A program made the translations under genes and the position numbers. Positions 11,521 through 22,450 of a DNA stretch of 64,000 nucleotides are shown here, in pieces. Within the stretch, counting starts at the first letter, position 1. The number at the start of each line of letters is the position of its first letter. The DNA is taken from the NCBI RefSeq assembly GCF_004010195.1, contig NC_057718.1, forward strand, positions 6,424,857 to 6,488,856. The letters run 5' to 3'. This stretch comes from Chiloscyllium plagiosum. Taxonomy: Eukaryota. Below the pieces are notes generated by a model, which saw nothing but the letters and a program-made list of their open reading frames with translations, was not told the origin of the DNA and ran no database searches.

Positions 11521-12949
11521 CCATCAGTGACTTTTTTAAAAAAAGGTACAATATCAACGCAACTAGTTGTTGGTGATGTTGGTGCATAGAGACTTTTCTT
11601 CTGAAGGGAAGATTTTTAATTTCTAATGCAGGAAAAATATCATTTCTTGCTTAGGTGGACTCCCTGCAGAGGTCATGGATCATTAACTACCATGACCACG
11701 TTGCCATATCCCACAAGTGAATAAAAATATTTTTAGCAATTACTTGCGCATGTGAAATGTTCATATTGATGGAAAACTCTGCTGCAGCCAAAATGTCAAG
11801 AACAGTAATATGGAAGAAAATGGTTCTTGCCCCTACACTATTTCGTAATTTTAAATTAATTTCTGATCAATTTATCTTCCAATATCTTGCTCATGTTCCA
11901 ACAGTTGCACTCATGTAACAACATTGTCCAATCGTAGCATTTTATTAACCTCATTGTACGGAGCTCCCATCAAGGTTTTCTATTGGGGTGTGACCATTTT
12001 TGAGGAACTTGGCTTTGGTAGAGTCATTCGTGTGCTTTCTTGTGTGTTGACCATTAACAGAGGCAACAGAAATGTCGACTGGAATCTTGGTGTGGTTTCT
12101 GGGCTGTGGGCTGCTGCCTGGGGAGCTGCTGAGAGACCCATGCCCGTCCTTTTGAAGGAGACCCACCCAACACCCACACCAATTGGGCTGAATCAGTGGA
12201 GGAAGTTGCCCTCAAATCAAGGCCCTTGAGGGGAGTGGTGGGTGGTAAAAGCCCCATCTAGTAAGAACCGTACATTGATCTGAGCCTGGTAGCTCTTGCA
12301 TTCGGCATCATCATTGAGGAGGCCGTGGTGCTGCCCAATGCTAACCCTTGGCATGTTCAGGTGGCAGTGTCCCAGGCCACAGCTAAGCAGGTTGGGTGGG
12401 GAGATGGGGTGGGGGAGATGTGGGGATTGTGGATTGGGGGTTGGATGCATGGTACAAGGAGTGAGGGATGTCAGTAGCAAAGGAATGGCAACTCTTTCTC
12501 CCACACCTCCTTATATCCAATCCCACAGTCAGGCTTTGAGTCTCTGATTGTGGGATAGTCACATCCCTCCCTCTGCCCCCACAAGGTCACATGGTCACTG
12601 TAAGGTTTCAAGTTGTCTCACTCACATCACACGGAGAGGAGCCCATCTGCAGATGGGTAGATCAGGTAGCAACAGGACAAAGCCTTTAAACAGTCATTGA
12701 ATGGCCAGCGAAGGGTCTCAATTGGGAGGAACATGAGCTGTGGTTATTCCCGTCCAAAGTGTAATTCTGTTAGAAGCCAACAAGCAATGAAGTCTAGGTA
12801 CAAAACCACCTCACCTCAATAAATACCTCTTCCACCTCCAGGATCACCTGCAGGCAGAGAGGAAGATTCCACCCATGAAACATCTGGTGAAGATTGGCAT
12901 AATCCATGCAAAAAATGGTTAAGAATGGCCAACAAAATCCAACGATGCT

Positions 12950-13170
12950 TAAGAGTGGTGAGCCTATGGGATTCTTTGCCACTGAAAGCAGTTGACAAAT
13001 CATTAAATGTTTTCAAGAAGGAGTTAAGTGTAATTCTTTGGACTAAAGGGATTAAAAGGTATAGGGAGAGTGTGAGAATAGGGTACTGAATTGGTTGATC
13101 ATATGGACAGGCTCAACAAGCTCAAAGGGCTGAATGGCCTATTCCTGTTCCCATTTTCTATGTTTCTCGA
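12950..13170 (+). mobile_element. CR1 LINE 3' end
   Basis: GTGGTGAGCCTATGGGATTC...AAGGGCTGAATGGCCTATTCCTG. Confidence 0.75.
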
Positions 13171-13538
13171 TCTGTGGTAATTTGAAGGAACTGTGCATTG
13201 AGGCTGTGGACAGCTAACGATTGACCAACAATTTCAAGGATGGCACTTACGCAAGGAATGCTGGGAGGTCTGGGCAATGGTCAGTACATCCACCTGGGGT
13301 AGAAGGAGAATAACATGCATGAGGTGCCGGGGGGGCATGTGGATAGATATGTTTGGGAAGGTAACATGTAAAAGGACACACAGGGAGAAACCCTTGCCAA
13401 AATTGGTGATGGGTGTCATCATTGAAATCTCTAAACTCCTGCTTGACAGTAACATGGGAACATCACATTGCCTGGCCGGGTTCAAGAAGAAAGTCCTTCA
13501 CTGTCTTCTGAATAGGATGTATCCAATTTGCCAAGAAT

Positions 13539-13765
13539 TATCCAATTTGCCGCAGAATAACCAAACAAATCTACCCCCTATCCTGATCGTGACCCTGCCA
13601 CCACCACAGCTTTCCAAGTAGCCCATTGATTATAGATTCTCGGCAATAAACCAATATCACAAGAATCTATACCCACATGGGCTACTTGGAAAGTTGTGGT
13701 GGTGGCAGGGTCACGATCTGGGATAGGGGGTAGATTTGTTTGGTTATACTGGGGCAAATTGGATA
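13539..13765. repeat. Long near-perfect inverted repeat (MITE-like hairpin)
   Basis: 13539-13626 is nearly the reverse complement of 13677-13765; inner TATAGATTCT/AGAATCTATA pair at 13631-13640 and 13662-13671. Confidence 0.9.
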
Positions 13766-13785
13766 CTTATTTTCAAGCTTTGCTG

Positions 13786-14140
13786 TGGCGCGGTGACTCA
13801 GTGGTTAGCAATACTGCTTTGCAGCGCAAGGGATTCGGGTTCAATTCCAGCCTTGGGTGACTCTCCGTGTAGAGCTTGCACATTCTTCCTTAGTCTGCGA
13901 GGGTTTCCTCCGGGTGTCTGGTTTCCTCTCACAGTCCAAAGATGTGCAGGTTAGAGTGGATTGGCTGTGCTAAATTGACTATGGTGTTGAGGGATGTGCA
14001 GGCTAGGTGGATTTGCCAGGGTAAATGCAGGGTTACAGGGATAGGGTAGGGGTTGGATCTGAGTAGGATTCTCTTTGGACAGTTGGTATGGACTTGATAG
14101 GCTAAATGGCCTGCTTTCACACTGTAGGGATTCTATGATT
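13786..14140 (+). mobile_element. HE1-type V-SINE
   Basis: tRNA head, V-domain and tail. Confidence 0.85.
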
Positions 14141-14239
14141 CAACCGGAGTTTGCTGAGTCAAATGAGCTCCTGCACTGACTAATTCTTTCAAAGTAGACA
14201 AAGACATGATATTAGATATTCAAGCTTTCATGAGATTTG

Positions 14240-14650
14240 TTCTCGGCAGTGGGCATCATTGGCTGGGCCAACATTTCTTACCCATCTTGAATTGCCCTTG
14301 GGAAGGTGGTGGTGGTGGTGAGCCACTTATCCGAAATCCCACAGCTCCTGGTGCGCAGATACACCCAGAGTGTTGTGAGGAAGGGAGTTCCAGGCTTTTG
14401 GCCCAGCAATGATGAAGGAATGGCAAAATATTTCTAAATCAAAAAGTTGTCTGACTTGGAGGGGAACTTGCAGGTGACGATGTTCCCATGCATCTACTGT
14501 CTTTGTCCTACTAGAGGGTAGTGGTTGTGGTTTTGGAAAGAGCTGTTGAATGAGCCTTGCTGAGTTGTTGTAGTGCATCTTGTAGATTGTACAGACCGCT
14601 GCCATTATGCTTCAGTGGGTGGAGGGAGTGAACACTGGAGACATTCGATG
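14240..14650 (-). mobile_element. L2-clade LINE 3' fragment
   Basis: ORF 14327-14605 AAVCTIYKMH...PKAWNSLP; L2-type tail. Confidence 0.75.
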
Positions 14651-14659
14651 GGATGTCAC

Positions 14660-14790
14660 ACATGGTGGAAAAGCTCAACAGGTCTGGCTGTATCTGTGGA
14701 GAGAAATCAATGTTAACAAATGCTGCCAGACCTGCTGAGCTTTTCCAGCAACTTTTGTTTTTCTTTTTGATTTACAGCATCTGTGTTTTT
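14660..14790. mobile_element. Penelope-like family D palindromic remnant
   Basis: GGAAAAGCTCAACAGGTCTGGC / GCCAGACCTGCTGAGCTTTTCC inverted arms. Confidence 0.65.
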
Positions 14791-14814
14791 TGGTTTTTGT
14801 CACACAAGTGGGCT

Positions 14815-14905
14815 GCTTTCCTGACGAAGGGCTTATGCTCGACACATCGACTCTCCTGCTCCTTGGATGCTGCCCGACTGTCTGTGCTCTTCCAGCACCA
14901 CACAC
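14815..14905 (+). mobile_element. Penelope-like family A fragment with decayed hammerhead
   Basis: CTGACGA a gggc ttat gctc GACA ca TC at 14821-14848. Confidence 0.7.
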
Positions 14906-15057
14906 TGCGACTGCTTTGTCCTGTTGTCTATTTAATGCAACCATAAACTGTATAATCTTTCTTCCTGTGAGAACTCCTTGGCCTTCATTTGGAGACAGGG
15001 ATTTGTGTGTATCAACTTGCAGTTGGCAGATAGTGCAATCAATACAGGCTAACATAG

Positions 15058-15400
15058 AGGAGGCCTAGTGGTATTATCGTTGGACTGTTAATTCAGTGAT
15101 CATGATAACATTCTGGGGACACGGGTTTGAATCCTGTCACAGTGGATGGTGCAATGTGGATTCATTAAATACCTGGAATTAGGAGACTGATGATGACCGT
15201 GAATCCATTGCTGGAAAAACCCATCTGGTTCAATGATGTCCTTGACTGAAGGATACTGCCATCCTTACCTGGTCTGGCCTACGTGTGACTCCAGACGCAC
15301 AGCAATGTGGGTGACTCTCAACTGTCCTCTGGGCAATTAGGGATGGGCAATAAGTGCTGATCTAGCCAATGACACCCTCATCCCATGAATGAATAAAAAG
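15058..15400 (+). mobile_element. tRNA-derived SINE with L2-like tail (third family)
   Basis: GGCCTAGTGG A-box, GGTTTGAATCC B-box, AAAACCCATCTGGTTCA body, GGCAATTAGGGATGGGCAATAA tail; other copies at 42180-42510 (+) and 54740-55400 (-). Confidence 0.8.
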
Positions 15401-16252
15401 GAATAAAAGCATAGCCATCTCAGGACTGACACTGTGCGGTTTGAAGCATAACTCCGGGCTGAAAATTGATGTATAACACAGAATGGAGATGGCAGCAGAG
15501 CTATCGAAAGCACAGAATATTCACCATTGAATAGAAAAGACTGTCACAATGTTAATTGTAATACAGATTCTTTAAAAGTTCTCAGATTAGTTGAGGAAAA
15601 CAAACTTTAGCCATGTATGATAATGTGTCACTGGGAAACTAAGTAAGCTATCGACATTTCCCTGAAATCTAGTCTATTTACAAGTCTTGTCACCAGCCAA
15701 ATACACAATGCACTCTTGTTGGAAGGAGAGCAAGGATGAGTCACCTGGGGTATGGAAATGGTCAGAGTTGAATAGTTTGGTTCGGAGGGCTAGATTAACA
15801 TCCCGGCACATATTTTGGGGCTTGGCAGGTGAGTCCATGGAGCTTTACATTATGAGGAGGTATTATCTCCAGCCTTTCAGACTTCTGTCTAGTTTGAGAA
15901 CCAGCAAGTATTGTCAGAGGAGCTTAATGGAGCTATACATTGGTCCCTCTGCTGGTGATGCTCAAATGCAACACATTCATCAGTTGAAAAAACCACAGGC
16001 AGCTGTGGAAACAGTCAGCAGATCAGACAGCAGCTGCGAGAGAAAAACAAAGCTCCCCTTTCAGATCAATAATCCTTCTTCTGAACTGAAATACATGAGA
16101 GAGCTAACTGTTTTAATTACACAAAGACAGGAAAAGATCTGAAGAGAGAGTCATAACAAGCTGAACGTGGGAGAGAATAAACAACATAATATATAATGAT
16201 GATGTCAAACTATGATGTGGAGGTGCTAGGTGGAAAAAGTCAGAAATCACAC

Positions 16253-16894
16253 TGGGCATAATGAAGCTGCTCCTTTAGCAAGGTATGCTGTCCTTGGGTT
16301 TTTTTTCCAAAGGTCGTAAAAACACAAGTCTGGGCTTGGAAGGGTTTTGGGGCCAATTTGATTATAGCTAACAGATACTGCCTCAAACAAAAGGCTTTCG
16401 AGTTAAAAAAAACACACTTGTACACTGAAAGGCGAGTGGCCAGTTCTCCCAGCTTAGCTTCTCTCTGGTTTGATTTTATTTTTGGGCAGTCTGGCTATTC
16501 ACTGAAAGCAGTCAGGCAGTTATAATGCCTGCTGGACCCAAAGAAGCAGGTCTATGCTGACCCTGTCTGACTTCTCTCCTGGAAGACCCGGGTTTGATTT
16601 TACCTTAGTGCCAAGGGGTATTTATGGGGATTGTTGCAAGAATTTGTAACAACATCATTAAGGTAGGATAATCTGTTGGGTTTTCGGATAGGTTAAGTTA
16701 TTCTGTATTCTGTTTTGTTTGCGTTTCATTTGGTAATCTTGTAAATAAATTCTGTTTTGTTTAAAACTAAGTGGTTTGACCAGCTGAATCACTCCTAGAA
16801 TATCCATGCTATACCTGCTTAAAACAACTGGGAAAGTTAAGGCCTGGGATACTTTCTTGAAAGGTTTTGAGGGGGTCTGGCCTGGTCCATAACA
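16253..16894 (+). mobile_element. Solo LTR-like element
   Basis: ~640 bp insert ending CCATAACA, with an internal AATAAA near 16745; interrupts a family B arm. Confidence 0.55.
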
Positions 16895-16968
16895 CAAGTT
16901 ACAGTCCCAGAAGTTTATTTGAAATCATAAGCTTTCAGACTGCTGCTCCTTCATCAGGTGAAATTACT

Positions 16969-17005
16969 TCATCTGATGAAGGGGCTACGCTCCGAAAGCT
17001 TGTGA
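16969..17005 (+). ncRNA. Minimal hammerhead ribozyme motif (family B variant)
   Basis: tcat CTGATGA a ggggc tac gctcc GAAA gc TT gtga; helices I and II pair using G-U wobbles. Confidence 0.7.
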
Positions 17006-17209
17006 TTTCAAATAAGCCTGTTGGCCTATAAGTTGGTATCATGTGACTTCTGACTTTAAAGCTTTATGGAATGCCGGTTGGGCCCAGCTAGAACCTCACA
17101 CCTACCCTTCAGGAGGATGCAGAGGAGATTCGTTAGACAAGATTATATAGAGGGACTGAAGAAGGTGGGATTGTTCTCCTTAAACAAAGAGGATTTGAAA
17201 GAATTAAAT

Positions 17210-17480
17210 TGTTTTTTTATTGTCACACGTGCTCACTCACATGAGTGCAGTGAAACGTTTACAAGCTGATACCTATGGCGCCATCTTGGGTACAATGTAC
17301 CTCGGCACAGAATTGTGGTACATAGCAGAAAAAAAAGAAGGAAAGTGAAGTTAAACATTACAGTCCTTCTTACTAAACCATAAGGAAACAAAGAAACACA
17401 GTTAATAGTTCAACATCACAGTCCATAAGCACTGGGCCATGCTGGGCTTGCACTCCTCACAAGGTTTGACACCAACCTGA
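17210..17480 (-). mobile_element. Non-LTR-type 3' end element (AAGATGGCG...TTTCACTG...GTGACAATAAA)
   Basis: Minus-strand 3' end with A tail at ~17212; similar to 48915-48990 and 41100-41160. Confidence 0.5.
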
Positions 17481-17484
17481 CTGC

Positions 17485-17660
17485 CTCCTCGAGCTACCTG
17501 TTCCCTCTTTCATCACCTGGAGCTGCCTGTCCCCTCTCTCATCTCCTCGAACTGCCTGTTCCCTCCCTCATTGCCTTGAGCTGCCTGTACCCTCTCTTGT
17601 CTCCTCGAGCTGCCTGTTCCCTCTTTCATCTCCTTGGGTTACCTGTTCCCTGTCTCCCTG
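17485..17660. repeat. ~29-bp minisatellite, ~6 copies
   Basis: Unit approx CTCGAGCTGCCTGTTCCCTCTTTCATCTC. Confidence 0.85.
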
Positions 17661-17739
17661 CCGCTCAGGAATACTGCCATTGATGTGGGGGTCATCTCTT
17701 GCTACAGACTCGCAGCTCACATACAGTGGGGTGGGAACC

Positions 17740-20682
17740 AGAGCTACATATCTGAGAGGGGTGTAGTTGATGGGGCAGTGACAGGATGTAGTGAGTCTAT
17801 CAGGGAGGTTTTACATGTAATGAAACAATGGGATCGGTTGAAGTGTGTCTGCTTTAATGCAAGGAGTGTCAGAAATAAGATTGATGAACTTAGAGCATGG
17901 ATCAGTACTTGGGACTATGATGTTGTGGCCATAATAGAGGCATGAGTTTCACAGGGGCAGGAATGGTTGCTAGATGTTCCAGGGTTGAGAACATTTCAAA
18001 AGAACAGGGAGGGGAGGGGTGAAAAATAGGAGGGGGTGTAGCATTGCTAATTAGAGAGTGCAACTCATCTACAGAAATGAAGGTTGTTGAGGAAGGTTTG
18101 TCTACTGAGTCTTTATGGGTGGAAGTTAGGAACAGCAAAGGAGCAGCCACCTCATTGGGTTTTTTTTTTTAACAGACCCCCTAATAGCAGTAGGGAGATC
18201 AACGAACTCATAGGCTGGCAGATTTTGGAAAAATGCTGATGTAGCAGTGTTGTTGCTTTGGGTGACTTCAACTTTCCCAATATTGACTGGAACCTCCTTA
18301 GTGCAGATGGTTTGGATGGAGCTGTTTTTGTCAGGTGTATTCAGGAGGGGCTTCCTTACTCAGTATGTAGACAGGCTGACGAGGGAAGACGCCATTTTGG
18401 ATTTGGTGCTTGGCAATGAGCCAGGGCAGTGGTCAGATCTCGTGGTGGGAGAACACTTTGGTGACAGTGACCACATTTACCAAAGTCATGGAGAGGGAAA
18501 GCAGCAATTACTATGGGAAGATATTTAATTGGGGAAAAGGAAACTATGAAGCTATCAGACAGGAGTTAGGAAGTACAGATTGGGAGCAATTGTTCCACAG
18601 AAAGGACACAACAGACATGTGGAAACTGTTTAAGGAGCATTTGTTGCAAGTGATGCATACATTTGTTCTTCTGAGACAGGTAAGAAGGGGTAAGATTAAG
18701 GAACCTTGGATGGCGAGAACAGAGGAACTTCTCATCAAAAGGAAGAAGGCAGCTTACGTAAGGTGGAGGAAGCAAGGATCTAGCACAGCTTTAGAAGATT
18801 ACAGGCTTGCTAGAAAGGAGCTCAGAAATGGACGGAGGAGAGCCAGGAGGGGGCACAAGAAAAGCTTGGCAAGAAGGATAAGGGAGAACCCAAAGGCATT
18901 TTACTCATACGTGAGGAATAAGAGAATGATCAGGGAGAAGGTAGGGCCGATCGGGAATAGCGTAGGGAACTTGTGCGTGGTGTCTGGGCAGATTGGGGAA
19001 GCCCAAAATGAGTTTTTTGCTTCGGTTTTCACCAAGGAAAGGGAACTTGTTGTGGATGAGAACTTTGAGGAGCTAGGAAACAGGCTTGAACAGATCGAGA
19101 TTAAGGAAGTTGATGTGCTGGAAAGTTTGGAAAACATTAAAATTGATAAGTCCCAGAGCCAGACCAGATTTATCCTCAGCTGCTCTGGAAAACAAGAAAG
19201 GAGGTTGCTAAGCCGCTGGTGAGGATATTTGCTTCCTCACTCTCCACAGGAGTCATACCGGAAGATTGGAGGGAGGCGAATGTTGTTCCTCTTTTCAAGA
19301 AGGGGAATAGGGAAATTACTAGGAATTACAGACTAGTCAGTTTTACATCAGCAAGGTTTTGGAAAGAACACTGAGGGATAGGATGTATGAGTATTTAGAA
19401 AAGGATAATGTGATTAAAGGCAGTCATCATGGCTTTGTGAGGGGCAGGTCATACCTCACAAATCTTATTGAGTTCTTTGAGGAGGTGACGAGACAGGTCG
19501 ACGAAGGCCAAGCAGTGGATGTGGTGTATATGGACTTCAGCAAGGCATTTGATAAGGTTCCCCATTGTAGGCTCATTCATGAAGTCAGAAGGTATGGGAT
19601 ACAGGGAGATTTGGCTGTCTGGATTCAGAATTGGTTGGCTGACAGAAGGCAGAGAATGGTTGTAGATGGAAAGTATTCTGCCTGGAGGTCAGTGTTGAAT
19701 GGTCCCCCACAGGGCTCTGTTCTTGGGCCTCTGCTCTTTGTAGTTTTTATTAATTACTTGGATGAGGAGGTTGAGTAGTGGGTTAGTAAATTTGTCGATG
19801 ACACAAAGGTTGGCGTGCCATTAATAGTATCGAGGGCTATTGCAGGCTGAAGTGTGACATTGACAGGATGCAGAGCTGGGCTGAGAAATGGCAGATGGAG
19901 TTCAACCTGGATAAATGCGAAGTAATGCATTTTGGAAGGCCGAACTTGAATGCTGAATATAGGATTAAAGACAGGATTCCTGGCAGTGTTGAGGAACAGA
20001 GAGATCTTGGTGTTCAAGTACATAGATCCCTCAAAGTTGCCACCTAAGTGGATAGGGTTTTTAAGAAAGCATTTGGTGTTTTGGCTTTTATTAACGGGGA
20101 AGGTGGGGGGAGGGGTGCTTAAGAGCCGTGAGACTTTGCTGCAGCTCTGTGAGTCCCTGGTGAGACCATTGTGTCTAGTTCTGGTCGCCCTATTATAGGA
20201 AAGAAACGGAGGCTTTGGAGAGGGTTTACCAGGATGCTGCCTGGACTGAAGGGCTTGTCTTACGAAGAGAGGTTGACTAAGCTCTGACTTTTCTCTCTAG
20301 AGAGAAAGAGGAAGACAGGTGACCTGTTCAAGGCGTACAACGTAATGAAAGGCATGGATAGAGTGAATAGCCAGAGACCTTTACTCAGGGCAGGATTGAC
20401 TCTCACAGGGGTCATAGTTTTAAGATATTAGGAGGAAGGTATAGAGGGGTGTCAGAGGTAGTTTCGTTACGCAGAGAGTTGCGAATAAATGGAATGCGTT
20501 GCCATTGGTGGTGGTGGAAGCAGAGTCATTGGGGACATTTAAGTGACTGCTGGACATGCACATGGACAGTAGTGAATTGAGGGGTGTGTAGGTTAGATTA
20601 TTTCTTTTTAGATTAGGATTAATCCTCGGCATAACAGCGTGGGCCAAAGGGCCTGTTCTGTGCTGTACTTTTCTATGTTCTA
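17740..20682 (+). mobile_element. Near full-length CR1 LINE ORF2 (AP endonuclease + RT), disrupted
   Basis: [67 protein letters not shown]; several stops and frameshifts; 3'UTR ends TTCTATGTTCTAT. Confidence 0.97.
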
Positions 20683-21209
20683 TTTTCTGTGCAGAAAGTA
20701 GATTAGACAAAGAAAAAACAATAGTTAAAGAACAGGAAAAGAAAATGTAAGACTTAAAAATAAAAGCATAAAGAGTAAACGAGCCACGCACAAGCAGGGA
20801 CCTGCTGCACTGCGCTGTTACTCCACCGCCATTTTGAAGAGGTGATTTGATGACGACTGGTGGTAAAGGAAAATGAAGGGAAGACAGCAAATGGAACTGA
20901 AGGGGACAGATTTAATGAGCAGGTGATAGTAGGACTTCTTTTTTTGAGCAGACAGTGTTTAGGATCTGATTTGCACTGTTCCATCTCCTCTGTCTAACCC
21001 TCACATAGTTTGGGATTTAAACTGTTCTCTCAGCATTCTCTTCTCTGAGGTAAAAAGCCCAAGCTTCTCCATTCTCTCTATGGAATGAGGTCCATCACCT
21101 TTGAAGCCATGATATCAATAAAAGATATATTAATAAAACACATAGGAGCAACTTCACTGTACATACTGTGGTGTTCAAGAAGACAGTTTTGAGAACCAAC
21201 CAGCAACAT

Positions 21210-21349
21210 TAACCAACCCACCACCACCTGATGAAGGAGCAACGCTCCGAAAGCTAGTGCTTCCAATTAAACCTGTTGGACTGTAACCTGGTGTTGTGTG
21301 AGTTTTTAACTTTGTTCACCCCAGTCCAACACCGGCATCTCCAAACCAT
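21210..21349 (+). mobile_element. Penelope-like family B single-arm insertion
   Basis: TSD AACCAGCAACAT at 21198-21209 and 21350-21361. Confidence 0.85.
21225..21259 (+). ncRNA. Minimal hammerhead ribozyme motif (family B, intact)
   Basis: cac CTGATGA a ggagc aac gctcc GAAA gc TA gtg. Confidence 0.75.
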
Positions 21350-22107
21350 AACCAGCAACATGTAAGAGATGTCAATTTTTCCCAACAGTCCCAACTCTCC
21401 AGGAGTGACTTCTTAGAAAGTTTATCAGAATAGAATTATCTTCAAACCTAAAATGAATTATTGCCGCTCCCACTAGATGCATAGATTGGATCACGCGCTC
21501 CAGGGACAACATAAATCTTTTCTTGCTCTGCTTCAACTCAAGATCAATGTAACTTCAGAGAAACATATTGAACTATGGGGAAAGTTGTGACTTACTCTTA
21601 GGAGGGTAAGGGTGAGTTTGCATTTGCTGGGTAGATTGCCTGATGGATCAATGCACTCCTATCAAATGAAAAACTGTGCATGGATACCCTAGTATTGAAA
21701 AGCCCATCAGGCATTTATTACAACTAATTACTATATACAAATACTGCATTCCTCAAGCACGGAAGTGTCTGGGCTCATATGATCATATTGGATTACAACT
21801 GCAGAACATGCTTCAAGTGATCTGAGGTACGATGCAATTTGAGAACTTATTTGAAAATACATTGATAACATCATCAGCTTGTTTCTTCAAGGTAGACTGA
21901 CATACTCATCATGAGACATGACACACTGACCACAGCACCCCCCCCCCCCTTTCTCCAAAGACAAAATCTTATTCCACACAGATATAAATGGGTGTTGTAC
22001 ATGTTGACAATTTAATAATTGTACTAAGAGGGTCATTGGAGTTTACAAGACCAATATTTCAATCTTCAATACAATGTTTCATGGATTTGACAACCCATCC
22101 TGATTCG

Positions 22108-22190
22108 GTTAAAAGTCACACAACACCGGGTTATAGTCCAACAGGTTTAATTGGAAGCGCTAGCTTTCAGAGCGCTGCTCCTTTGATGAT
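22108..22190 (-). mobile_element. Penelope-like family B fragment
   Basis: CACACAACACCGGGTTATAGTCCAACAGGTTTAATTGGAAGCGCTAGCTTTCAGAGC. Confidence 0.75.
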
Positions 22191-22307
22191 GGTTTATTAT
22201 TTCAGCTCAAACACGGCACTTACAGCATTGTGGATATCTTTCACTTCTGCACAGGGAATTTTTAATTTAGATTTTCTATTCAAATGCATGGAGAGGATAT
22301 TGAAGCT

Positions 22308-22450
22308 ACTGTTCGATTCTTTTATAACATGATATTTCCATTCTTGTGCGACCCCGAGGTATAGAGAAATTGCGCTTTAGAAACGACGCTCAAAGTGTTG
22401 GCGATGTAATCACGTAACAGCCAACACGCATTTTAAATATTTGCGCTTTA
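22308..22450. mobile_element. pogo/Tigger-like MITE, left part
   Basis: Left end TGTTCGATTCTTTTATAACATG resembles the reverse complement of CATGTTCTAGCAGAACGACC (25231-25250); split by a CR1. Confidence 0.5.

Larger units (their letters stand above)
16205..17060. mobile_element. Palindromic Penelope-like family B element, interrupted by an LTR-like insert
   Basis: Left arm split into 16205-16252 and 16895-16960; right arm 16969-17056. Confidence 0.65.

Noticed and set aside
11655..11716. Short possible exon (TTTCTTGCTTAG...GTGAAT)
   Set aside because: Weak donor and no recognisable product
12394..12425. G-quadruplex motif
   Set aside because: The pattern is present but common, with no associated feature suggesting function
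18410..19778. Functional reverse transcriptase gene
   Set aside because: CR1 ORF2 is broken by multiple stops and frameshifts
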